The position numbers and the translations under genes are program-made. Below the pieces are notes generated by a model. The model was not told the DNA's origin. It was given only the letters and a program-made list of their open reading frames with translations, and searched no databases. This document shows, piece after piece, positions 49,073 through 61,010 of a stretch of 64,000 nt of DNA (the stretch's first letter is position 1; the number at the start of each line of letters is the position of its first letter). The DNA comes from Heptranchias perlo (Eukaryota): NCBI RefSeq assembly GCF_035084215.1, contig NC_090360.1, forward strand, positions 10,850,001 to 10,914,000, written 5' to 3'.

Positions 49073-51879
49073 GCCCAGATTTTGCTGGAATGGGGCATCT
49101 CATGGTGTGCCCCGTTAGTTCGACTTTTTCCTTCACCTTTCAGCTCAAATTTTTTGCCCTGCAAGTTGCTGGAAGTGCGAGCTGATAACGGCATGGCGAG
49201 GGCAATGGGGTGTCGGGGACGTTGGTGAACGATGGGACTAACAGTCTATCTCCTTAATCAATGAGATTTAAGGATTGAGAAAGAAACAGAGGAATGGCCA
49301 AGAAGGAATGGCCCGGCATATTCCTCACTCTACCATTACCAACAAGCCAGGGGATCAACCCTGGTTCAATGAGGAGTGTAGAAGAGCATGCCAGGAGCAG
49401 CACCAGGCGTACCTAAAAATGAGGTGCCAACCTGGTGAAGCTACAACACAGGACTACATGCATGCTGAAAACGGAAGCAACATGCTATAGCCAGAGCTAA
49501 GCAATTCCACAACCAACGGATCAGATCAAAGCTCTGCAGTCCTGCCACATCCAGTCGTGAATGGTGGTGGACAATTAAACAACTAACGGGAGGAGGAGGC
49601 TCTGCAAACATCCCCATCCTCAATGACGGCGGAGTCCAGCACGTGAGTGCAAAAGACAAGGCTGAAGCGTTTGCAACCATCTTCAGCCAGAAGTGCCAAG
49701 TGGATGATCCATGTCGGCCTCCTCCCGATATCCCCACCATCACGGAAGCCAGTCTTCAGCCAATTCGATTCACTCCACGTGCTATCAAGAAACGGCTGAG
49801 TGCACTGGATACAGCAAAGGCTATGGGCCCCGACAACATCCCGGCTGTAGTGCTGAAGACTTGTGCTCCAGAACTAACCGCACCTCTAGCCAAGCTGTTC
49901 CAGTACAGCTACAACACTGGCATCTTCCCGACAATGTGGAAAATTGCCCAGGTGTGTCCTGTCCACAAAAAGCAGGACAAATCCAAACCGGTCAATTACT
50001 GCCCTATCAGTCTACTCTCAATCATCAGCAAAGTGATGGAAGGTGTCGTTGACAATGCTATCAAGCGGCACTTACTCACCAATAATCTGCTCACCGATGC
50101 TCAGTTTGGGTTCCGCCAGGACCACTCGGCTCCAGACCTCATTACAGCCTTGGTCCAAACATGGAGAAAAGAGCTGAATTCCAGAGGTGAGGTGAGAGTG
50201 ACTGCTCTTGACATCAAGGCAGCATTTGACCGAGTGTGGCACCAAGGAGCCCTAGTAACATTGAAGTCAATGGGAATCGGGGAAAACTCTCCAGTGGCTG
50301 GAGTCATACCAAGCACAAAGGAAGATGGTAGTGGTTGTTGGAGGCCAATCATCTCAGCCCCAGGACATTGCTGCAGGAGTTCCTCAAGGCAATGTCCTAG
50401 GCCCAACCATCTTCAGCTGCTTCATCAATGACCTTCCCTCCATCATAAGGTCAGAAATGGGGATGTTCGCTGATGATTGCACAGTGTTCAGTTCCATTCG
50501 CAACCCCTCAGATAATGAAGCAGTCCGAGCCTGCATGCAGCAAGACCTGGACAACATCAAGGCTTGGGCTCAAAAGTGGCAAGTAACATTCGTGTCAGAC
50601 AAGTGCCAGGCAATGACCATCTGCAACAAGAGAGAGTCTAACCTCCCCTTGACATTCAACGGCATTACCATCACCGAATCCCCCACCATCAACATCCTGG
50701 GGGTCACCATTGACCAGAAACTTAACTGGACCAGCCATATAAATACTGTGGCTACAAGAGCAGGTCAGAGGCTGGGTATTCTGCAGCGAGTGACTCACCT
50801 CCTGACTCCCCAAAGCCGTTCCACCATCTACAAGGCACAAGTCAGGAGTGTGATGGAATACTCTCCACTTGCCTGGATGCGTGCAGCTCCAACAACACTC
50901 AAGAAGCTTGACACCATCCAGGACAAAGCAGCCCGCTTGATTGGCACCCCATCCACCACCCTAAACAGTCACTCCCTTCACCACTGGTGCACAGTGGCTG
51001 CAGTGTGTACCGTCCACAGGATGCACTGCAGCAACTCGCCAAAGCTTCTTCGACAGCACCTCCCAAACCCGCGACCTCTACCACCTGGAAGGACAAGAGC
51101 AGCAGGTACATGGGAACAACACCACCTGCACGTCCCCCTCCAAGTCACACACCATCCCGACTAGGAAATATATCGCCGTTCCTTCATCGTCGCAGGGTCA
51201 AAATCCTGGAACTCCCTTCCTAACAGCACTGTGGGAGAACCTTCACCGCATGGACTGCAGCGGTTCAAGGCAGCGGCTCACCACCACCTTCTCGAGGGCA
51301 ATTAGGGATGGGCAATAAATACCGGCCTCGCCAGCGACGCCCACATCCCATGAACGAATAAAAAAAAATAGGGTGGATTAGGATCAAATCAGGTACAGAA
51401 AGAGAAATAAATAAATAGAGGGAAAGAGCAATTAGTTTAAGAGAGAGAGAAAAAAAAGGCAGTGAGAAACAAATTTTAAAATTTTATATTTTAAAAAATC
51501 TCTTAACAACTATTTACTACCTGGAGGAATGAGGCTCCACAGTTTAAATTATTCCCTTTCTGGGCCAGTTGGCATTGCAGGAACATTAAACTCCTCACTA
51601 AGAAGGTACTTACGCTGTTAAGTAGCAGCCCTAACTTTCTGCTGCGAGTTTAATTGGCAATTAATGTGCAAATGCAGCAATTTCTTGAAACTCTCGGGAA
51701 GGTTGAGGGCGAGCTGCCGTTTTCACAACGCTAACGGCGGAGCGGCACAAATCGTCCAGCAACGTGACGATTGCAATTCACGGGGTAGCTCTTTCTTGCC
51801 ACAATTTGCTCGATTATTTCCACATTAATATTGGCGAGCGCCATTAAACCCGCCATTATTTTGGCACCAAATCTGGGCC
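49073..51879. mobile_element. Non-autonomous DNA transposon (TIRs GCCCAGATTT / AAATCTGGGC) split by LINE family B
   Basis: Complementary termini near 49073 and 51879; the right arm is homologous to 52290-52739. Confidence 0.55.
49308..51368 (+). mobile_element. LINE family B, longest copy (RT domain, one frameshift near 50280, stop at 51162)
   Basis: KAMGPDNIP, NYCPISLLS, QFGFR, LDIKAAFDRVWH, GVPQGNVLGP, FADD; poly(A) end. Confidence 0.95.
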
Positions 51880-52215
51880 ATTGGACAGAAAGTAGCAACT
51901 TAGTTTGTACTGCTCGGTGGGATAAGGGTGGATTGATGCTTAATGTGAAACCTTGACAGACAGATGTTCTGTCATCCTGCTACAGTCATATTAATCTTTG
52001 ATAAAATAAGAACCTTGATGTGGGAAATGTTTTTCACTATAGAGTAATGACAAAAAGTTGGAAGCGGGGGTAGATAGGGGGAGATACATATTTACGAACA
52101 TTTACTGATTGATTGTCATGAAGGTCTTAATTTTGGTAATAAGTTGGGGCAATTGTCGTGGATTTACAGGGAATTAGAAATATACTAAATTTCCAGGTGT
52201 TGCTGTGTGTAAATA

Positions 52216-52281
52216 TTATTGGGCAGGATCGTCCTATGAGCGGCGAAGGATTGGCGCTCATGGGAAAATCCCGCCCAATAA
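52216..52281. mobile_element. Collapsed hairpin MITE (27-bp imperfect arms)
   Basis: TTATTGGGCAGGATCGTCCTATGAGCG / CGCTCATGGGAAAATCCCGCCCAATAA. Confidence 0.65.
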
Positions 52282-52289
52282 CATAGCGA

Positions 52290-52739
52290 AATAAAGAGAG
52301 GGTAAGAAATATTGAATTAAGAGACAGATAAAAGAGACAAAGAAAAAGTTTTTAAAAAATGTATATTTTTTAAATGTCTAATAACAATTAAAATCTGAAG
52401 GAATGAGACTGCACACGTATAAAAGTTAATTTTCAGTGCCAGAGAGGTTGTTTGGCGGTAGTTAAGATTTACCACGCCGTTAAAACTGTTCTTAGATTTG
52501 AAATGACTTTTTTGTGAGATTAGTTCGTATCCGTCAGGTCAGTGCAGGAACTACACGCTGCTCCATTCATTTGAATGAGGACCCAGTCAGCGAGATGCCG
52601 TTCTCGCCCAGTTTACGGAGGAGGGTCGCATCTGGCACAGATTTCCGCTTGCGGTCCCCGAAAGTTGCTGTACCAGATGCACAAAAATAACGGTCAGCCC
52701 TGTTAGCCTTGCCGTTATTTTCACAGGGAAATCTAGCCC
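52290..52739. mobile_element. DNA transposon right arm related to 51400-51879
   Basis: Shared GGAATGAG...CAC and GCC.TTATTTT...AAATCT.G.CC end. Confidence 0.5.
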
Positions 52740-53392
52740 GTTATGTTGATCTATCAATTGCAGAGAATTGTTTTTGAAGCAAGGAATGAGAAACTTGAAT
52801 TATTTTTGAATGAGAAAATTCCTTAATATTTGTGAGATCCTGTTTGCTCTTCCACCAATCATATATAATTGGCCCTGTTCTGCTTTCAGCCCTAATTTTT
52901 TCTGCCCTCGGGGAAAGTTCTGTAAAGTCCCTCCTTAACTCCCAGTGCTCATAGATTGGCTCTCAAGTGTGTCTGTTCATCTGTCCTTTGACCATCATAT
53001 TTAACATTGGCTGGTTGATTTCCACAGATGATATTTTCAAGATCCCATCATCACAGAAGCCATAGTGTTCCATGGAATGTTTGTCCAATTAAATTGTTAG
53101 TTGGACTGTGTGAATAAAAAATTGCAATTATCTTCAGGCCTCAGCTGGAAGTCTCAGACTAAAAGGTCAAATATTTGAAGCATTTTTCACAAATGCACAC
53201 AGTCTTCTTGAAATCCATGTGCTTAGGAAGCCTTTTATTTTTGAGAGAGAAGACCGAAGTTCTGTTTACGCCACACAAATACCATAATGACTTTTCAACA
53301 TAATTCATATAATTGCTTTATATGCTTGTTTACAAAGATAGGTTTGACAAGTACCTTTTCAGAAAGACAGTGCACCTTTGAAGAGTTGGCTG

Positions 53393-53832
53393 AAGAAAGA
53401 ACTAACTTGTATTTGCATAGCATCTTTCATGGCATCCCAAATCACTTGACAACCAATGAAGTACTTTTTAAGTCTCTGTTGTAGTGTAGGGAAACATGGC
53501 AGGCAATTTGTGCAAAGCAAGATCCCACAAACAGCAATGAGATGAATGACCAGATAATCTGTTTTAGTGATACTTGAAGAATAAATGTTGGCCAGGACAC
53601 CAGGAGAACTCCCCTGCCCTTCTTTAGATAGTTTCATAAGATCTTATACGTCAATCCAAGAGGGCAGATGGGGCCTCAGTTTAATGTCTCATCCGAGAGA
53701 TGGCACCTCCAACAGCGCAGCATTCCCTCAGTACTGCCTAGATTATATGATCAAATCTCTGGAGTGGGGCTTGAATCCACAACTGTCTGACTCAGTGGCG
53801 AGAGAGTGCTGTCACTGAGCCAAAGCTGACAC
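53393..53832 (-). mobile_element. Full-length DeuSINE (SacSINE1-like)
   Basis: Reverse complement of 33803-34240. Confidence 0.9.
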
Positions 53833-55456
53833 TTCATCCTTCTCTTTCCATAGATGGAATCTGGGACAGGATAATTCTCCAGGTGATTATGCTGGGGCAC
53901 AAAAAATGTCCCCCCATCATCCTTCCTGTTCTTTGAACTACTTGTTAAGAATAAATGGGAAAATTTGAGAGAAATCAACTACAAATTGTCCTGGCTTGCC
54001 TTGCAGAATTCAGTACTGGATTAGTCTATACCACAAGTAGGCATTGCTGTGCTCCCCAGTAATATAATTCAGAAAGGTCAATCCTCCCCATTACCTGCTG
54101 TACTTTGTAACAACACAGGAAGTGACTTCCTGCGTGTTAGATGTTTGATGACTGGTGCAGCAATGGACTGCGTCTGTTCCGTGCATGGAACCAGCTCTAA
54201 TTAATTATGTAAATTATACCACATTCCATTCTAACACTATACATGACTGTCAAATCCTTTGTTTAATTTTGTTTATCATTTCTCATGCCAAGGAAGTAAA
54301 GCACCGCGTTGATTTAGGACTCTGAATTATTGATTGACTCACAAAATGTTGCATGGATTCTGTCACCGTGGGAGTCATACTGTCTGTCATTGATTCACTT
54401 CTGTTCTCTAAAGGTAGAGGTAGTGAACTCTTTATGTTAGAAGCACAATAGACATCAAATGACTTTGTGTAACATGATGTGTAGGTGTTGCCGCATGGCT
54501 CTCTTATAAAGTGCTGAACGCTCCAGGTTATCTATACTTTCTCAAGTTACCCCCCAACTCAAGCTCTTGTTGACTTACATAGCAATGATTTTCCCTTTTG
54601 GCTGCACTGACCTGATGTGATCAGTATAAACTGAGCACTTGTTCTTGCACATCATTGTGCCCTGATACCAGGGGGGGATTCAGATAGCTTCAGATTTTCT
54701 TTGCTTTTGTGTAGGAGGTAGATGATTTGGATTGAGGGTGTTTGTTTCCTGCAAAATGAGAAAACCATGTCCATGACCTTCTCCAGAAAAGTACGGAGTC
54801 AACAACAAATTCTTAAGGGAGATATTGGAGTGGAGAGGGAGCAGCATTTTACTTTCCTTTTACCTGTTCTCCCTCTCTGGATGGAGGGATGTGGGCTGCT
54901 TAGATTTATCTCTGATGCCAGATGTTTTTCCGACTGATTGAAGTACCATTCAGTTACTGTTGGGGCCCATTTTGAAGTATCAGCCTGAAGTAAGGTCTTG
55001 CCTGTGGCGGGCCCCTTGATTTCAAACATCCCACAAATTCTTCAGTCGCACTTTTTTGAGAACAATTCTCTCCCTAAAGCTGAATGCATGATAGTTGTGT
55101 CCTATGTGCATGTGGAGTCGGAAATGGGGTAACTTTTTTAAAAGAAGAATTTTGAATATAAGAAAATATATGGAGCCTTTAATTGCCAGGACAATGAGAT
55201 TTATTTATTATCAGAAGGCCTTTCATGTCTTGACTATAACAATAGTATTTGTGAGTGTCGATCAGTTTTCTAGCATTTCATACATTACATGATTAAATAC
55301 GCTTTAGTACAGATTCCAAGTAAGGCCCTGATTAACTTTTTATATGTAATACTACATCTATAAAAGTTTAGCTTTTGGTTTACCAGTGTAGTGAAACATG
55401 TATATTTAGACTGCTTTGTGTGTGTATATAGAATATACACAAAAATCCCTTGATTT

Positions 55457-55838
55457 AGGGCTGATCTAATTTAGGTATTTAAAATGATTAAAGGATTTGA
55501 TAGGGTAGATAGAGAGATACTATTTCCTTTGGTGGGGGAGCCCAGAAGAAGGGGGTTTTCACCTTAAAATTAGAGCTAGGCTGTTCAGGGATGATGTCAG
55601 AAAACACTTCTTCACACAAAGGGTAGTGGAAATCTGGAACTCTCTTCCCCCAAAAAGCTGCTGAGGCTAAGGGTCAATTGAAAATGTCAAAACTGAGATT
55701 GACAGATTTATGTTCGGCAAGTGAATCATGGGTTACGGAACCAAGGCGGGTAGATGGAGTTAAGATACTGATCGGCCATGATCTAATTGAATGTTGGAAC
55801 AGGCATGAGGGGCTGAATGACCTACTCCTGTTCCTATC
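55457..55838 (+). mobile_element. CR1 LINE 3' fragment
   Basis: DLI..FKMIKGFDRVD..., FFTQRVVEIWNSLP; CR1 tail present. Confidence 0.88.
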
Positions 55839-58424
55839 TAGAAGATGGATAAGACTGTAAACTTGCCATGTTGATTGCACTCTTTTAAAATGGAAATGAT
55901 TTATGCATTGCTGGGCAGTAACAATGTCTACTGATCACACATGGCTTCACCAAAGTGTGACTTTGCTGTTGAAAGCTTTAAAATGTTTAATGGTATTGGA
56001 GATTGTTGCAGGTTGAAACATGTTCTTTGTCTCCCACTGGGAAAACTGGGAATTGAATTAGTTCCGGGCGTTTACGTGTTGCAGTAGTAAAATAAATATA
56101 CAATTTTTTCATTAAATGCTTATGAACGTCATGCCCCTCCTTGCCCCCAAATGTCACTCGAGGTCCTGTCACATCATCAGCATTACCTCCAGGTTACAAA
56201 ATAGAGGTTCAGGTAACCTGTGATCTTTCAGAGCACACGCATGGCACAAGTGAGCAGCAACATTTCCCACATTGTAGGAGGAATAAAAGAGCCTTCAAAC
56301 AGAAGGGTTCTACAGGAAAAAGTGAAGATTTTATATGAAAAGGAGAGCAACGCTGGGGTGAGAACAGATGGATTGTAGAGGAGTGAAGCTTGCATGAACT
56401 AAACAACTGTCTGACAGGCAAGGATTGATTGGATTTTTCAAAACGAACAAAAATTGCAATTTTTTCATCTTCAAGATTAGTTTTTAAAGATTTTCTTTAA
56501 CTTTAGTTGCATCCTTTCTACTAAAGAAATGCATATCCGGAGATTTCAACCTACCTTATTGAGTATGGCACCCCTTTATGGGTATAAGAAGTAATATTCA
56601 CATGATTTGAATGCTATATTCTGTATTAACACAGCTTGTCTGCAGCATTGGATTCCCTGTGCAATTCTAACTACCCAGTCAAATGGAGGGAGCGAGAATT
56701 ATTTTCTGGGATCAGATATTTTTATTCGAAGGGGAGGTTCTCCATTGCCATGGTCAGCTGGTACAGGCGAGGACCCCTGCAGTCTTTCCACAATCTGAAG
56801 ACTGGCTTCCTTGTTAAAAACTCCTAACGTTTGTTGGTGATACATCATTTCTACAAGCCCTGCAGATGGCCGAGCAGTTCATTTCTTGGATGCTTCAGTT
56901 TGGAATTATTCATTTGTTGTGAAGTGTGGCAGGGTTATTGATTTGTACTGCACGGTGCTATCCACTCTCTTGCTCAAAAGGGTGACTGTACGCTGCCTGT
57001 TGTTTAGCCCCTTGGAGCGATAACTTATTAAATTACCTCTACGACTGATCTGCTGTTGTGAGCTGTCTGGCACAGAGTTGCACTGGTCGTTTTATTTCCC
57101 TAAATCAATAAAGAGTTTAAGATTAAAGATTTTCAGCACCATATATGTCATTTTTCATTTGAAGACATTGAAATTGCACAAGCTTATGCAATTTCAGATT
57201 TTGTATTCGAGAAGCAACTAAAAATGATTAATGGGCATTTTTCTTAAATTGATAATTGTTTTATGTTTAATCATGGGTTACATTATGTGGCCATCTAACC
57301 CTCCAGAGGTCATCTTTAAGGCCTTTTCCAGACTTCGTTTCCAAATGCCTAATAAACAGAGTGGCCGTTCATTTCTTTAGCAGCTGCTCTTTCCCCAGCT
57401 GCACCAGTCAAAAAATGTCGTGTGGGTAATCTACTCCCAAAACGTTGCCAATATCCCGAAATGCTTCTGAGAATAGCCGGGGTATAACTCACTCTGTGCT
57501 TCCCCATAATTCCACATAGTGCCTGAGATCAAGAACACAGCAGCATGACATCATTCTACGTTCATGGTCTGGGACTGAGATGCTATAATAATAACAACAG
57601 GGTGTGATTGCCTTGTAATTAAACCAGTGAACGATAAAAAGACCTCTATTGCTTCTTTTATAAGCCATTTATGCTTCTTTTGTTTCTTTTACTAAGCCAT
57701 TTATGCACGTATTTAAGGGAAGGAATAGAATCTGAAAAGTGAACCACTGTCCTGAGTTGATGGATTCCTGCTGTATTATTCCATCAGTTTACATCGAGAC
57801 CACATATTGGTGTTAAAGGAAGTGGGGATACTCACGTTGAATCATTCTGTTTGATTCTTTGTAACAGCTACAACACGAGGCTTGGTAGTGTTGGTACAAT
57901 ACAGAAATTAGCCCTATCTTTTAAGCTTGTTTATGTTTTGTAATTTAGTTTGTAGGGTAAGTCAACCGGCACCAGTAGGTTGGCATGTTGTGATATCTCA
58001 TTAGCTCCCACTGGTGGGCTGGGTGGGTTAATTCAGGAGCCCCTTTTGCTCATGAGCCTGTCTGCATGATCCATTTAAAAAAAAATCTGCACTAATAATG
58101 AAATTCATAATGTGAATCGATTAAAATTATTTTTACACACAATGTCACTGAAAACACTCAATACTTGAATATAATCCTTATCTAGTTCATATAAATTATT
58201 CTTGCATGTCCCATGTGTGAACACATGCTGTGATTACCCAATTATCACAGTGATGACATTTCATAAGTGTGATTTAAGGCCCCAGTAGTGACTATCTGAA
58301 GAGCATAATCCAATTCTGCTTAAATGTCATACTTACTTCACCATCAACAGGTGCACAAGCAATACTAACTAAAGTAAAAATCACCCTTTCTCCAATCTTT
58401 TTATTCCTTCTTTATAACTTGCAG

Positions 58425-58539
58425 ACTATTTCAGCATCAGTACATCAATAAATTCAATCAAGTCCCACTTGGAAACTTGTTAAGCTTGCAGTATACCTCC
58501 AGAGTCGGGCCCCGTCTTGATTCCGGAGAGCAGCGATGG
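58425..58539 (+). other. Candidate 115-nt internal exon of an unknown host gene
   Basis: TACTAAC at 58363-58369, long pyrimidine tract, TGCAG acceptor, TGG|GTGAGT donor; one open frame. Confidence 0.4.
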
Positions 58540-59859
58540 GTGAGTCCTTGGTGGAAGTGGTGTCTCACCATTTGGGTTCAGTGCTGAATGCAGTATAATT
58601 CCAGTGCGGTGTCAAACCAGCATCAAAAAGTACTCAGAGGGTCATTGGCATCTCCTGGGAACTTACTGAACCTACCGAGAGTTGAGTTTGGTCATCTTTC
58701 CTCATCCTCCCATGAAGGCTAGGCACCTGTTCCTTTTCTCCTCTATGAGTCACCTTGGGGCTTTTTCTATGTTAAAAGCATTATATAATTGCAAGCTGCT
58801 GCTGACTAATGCTTCGAGAGCCTGAATGTTTAAATGTTACCGCTGGGAGGAGGATTTCTGCACATACCTGTAATTACCATCAGAAAATCAAAAGTAAACT
58901 TCTGTAAGCATTGCACAGCCTCAGATTGAAATGAGTATTAAAATGTCTTATTAAATATTGAGACAAATGAATATGCCAGTGGAGGAGGCAGAACAGCTTT
59001 TTTTTTAGCATTTTTGATGCTCGGATCTGATCTGATTTGAATATTTCTCTGCTAGCTCTGGTATTACCAGAATGGACTCTATCAGAGCTGGTTGAACATA
59101 TCCGTGTATATGCATGGTGATTTTTCAAGGCTCTGCTTCTGTTGTGGAGCCTTTCTAGACAGGAGTGTAGGTCGCCTATCGAGCTTTATAGCCCCGTCTC
59201 TGACCTGCACTTCTGTCTAGTAAGGTTCTAAGTTAGGGGCAAAGACTCACAAAATAATCCCGATAATGAATTGAAATAATTAATTAAATCAGAATGATGC
59301 AGAATTAAAGTGATTCTCCAGGATTGATGGTGAGGACTTCGATTGGTTCATGTAAGGTTAGAAATTTTATTTAATAACTTTTGAGACCCCCCCCGATTTT
59401 TACATTTCCAATTTAAATCTATTCGGGAGGTCAAACATTGATTTGATAACTGTTTTGCCAAATATCTCTGAAAATAGTGAAGGAGTGGAATGGAAAGTAC
59501 AAATTTTAAAACGCTTAAAGATGGAGGGGAATGAAGTGGAAGATGAATTCGAGAAATGACCAAGAAAATGGGGGAAATTAGTAAAAGTCAACGTATGGAC
59601 CAGAGGGCTCCAGAATGCCCCAATGGAAAGATGAAATAATGTACCTGCAGTTTGCATTGAGCTTGGTTGGAACAGTTAAGAGGCAAAGGATGGAAGGGTC
59701 AGAGTGGGAATGGAAGGGGAATTAAAGTGGTGAGCCACAGGAAGATGAGGATCGTACTTGTGGACAGATTGGAGCCATTCAGCAAAGCAGTCCTTCCAAC
59801 TGAGTGTGATCCGCCCAATGCATGGGATGACCACACTGTGACCAATGAGCATATTATAG

Positions 59860-59985
59860 TGTAAACAATTTTACAACACCAAGTTATAGTCCAGCAATTT
59901 TATTTTAAATTCACAAGCTTTCGGAGATTTCCTCCTTCCTCAGGCAAATGTCAACCCCAGTCCATCACCGGCATCTCCACATCAT
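59860..59985. mobile_element. Penelope-like pLTR copy 5, inverted structure with TSD
   Basis: Body and hammerhead on minus (59860-59950), tail on plus (59949-59985); CATATTATAGTG at 59850-59861 and 59983-59994. Confidence 0.9.
59909..59949 (-). ncRNA. Minimal hammerhead ribozyme motif
   Basis: ATTTGC-CTGAGGA-AGGAGGAAATCTCC-GAAA-GCTT-GTGAAT on the minus strand. Confidence 0.78.
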
Positions 59986-60634
59986 ATTATAGTGGAAGAA
60001 GCACTTATAAATTGCTGGCTCACGCAAAAGGAGTGCTTGGGGCCTTAGGAATTGATTGGTTGCTTATTTATACTTTCAGTTTGTTGCAATTGTCTGGTAA
60101 ATTCCAAATAAATTGTATAAATTCCGAATAAATAAGTTTGGAAGACAAGTGTAAATGGATTATACTGAGCCATTTATATGCATGCACTCACAAATTCACT
60201 TGTAATTACTTTACCTCTGATGAACAAATGAACTGGAATTAAAACCGTGTTATCAGGCATATTAGCACCTTGGTGCTGTCAATGCACAAGCTAATCTTTG
60301 AAGAGGATATTCGTTAATGAAATTACAAAAGACCTGATGCTTCACATGAATCTGGAGTGATGAATCACATGGAAAAGCCTGGGACCAGTTTCGAGGACTC
60401 GCTGCAATTTTCAAGTAACCAGTCCACACAAATGTAGTTCCTCGGTTCATGTTCAAAGTGCATTGAAAATGAAGCTTTGAGCTTTTGAGCCTGGTGCTTT
60501 TCACCAACAGGATGTGTAAAACTACAGACACTGTAGTAATTAATATGACCACTGCATCTCAGCTCCTTCAAGCAGTTTTAATCAGTGTGCTGTTAATAAG
60601 ACTCCTCTTTTTAGTGTTGTAAAACAGAGCAGAT

Positions 60635-61010
60635 AAAAGGTTATTTTCACTGGGGCAGAGAAGGCTACAAGCAGATTTAATAGAGGCATTTAAAACTTTG
60701 GAGGGTGACTAGGGAAAGATTATTTCCTCTGGTTGGGGAGTCAGTGACAAGGCCAATAATTTAAGATGGCTGCTGAGATTGAAGAGGTGATCAGAGAAAT
60801 TTCTTTCTGCAAGAGGATTATTGAAACACGGATGCTTTGCCACAAGGAATAGTTGCATCTTCTAAAGGAAAAGTGGATAATTATTTGAAGTAACGGAAGG
60901 TACAGGGCTATGGGCAGTGGCATTGATTTTGGATTGTTCTAAAAAAGAACCAGCACAGACCTGATGGGCTGACTGGCCTCCCCCTGTGCTATAAATGTCT
61001 ATAGTTCTAA
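60635..61010 (+). mobile_element. Old CR1 3' fragment
   Basis: LFSLGQRRLQADLIEAFK-like translation; tail GATGGGCTGACTGGCCTCC...CTATAGTTCTA. Confidence 0.75.

Larger units (their letters stand above)
59560..60046 (-). mobile_element. Older PLE GIY-YIG fossil hosting pLTR copy 5
   Basis: Colinear with 17580-17850 (TTGGAACAG, GGTCAGAG, TTCAGCAAAGC.GTC). Confidence 0.7.

Noticed and set aside
787-59985. Recurrent short repeats as a CRISPR array or prokaryotic system
   Set aside because: The repeats are dispersed, have TSDs and lack spacers or cas genes; the DNA is vertebrate.
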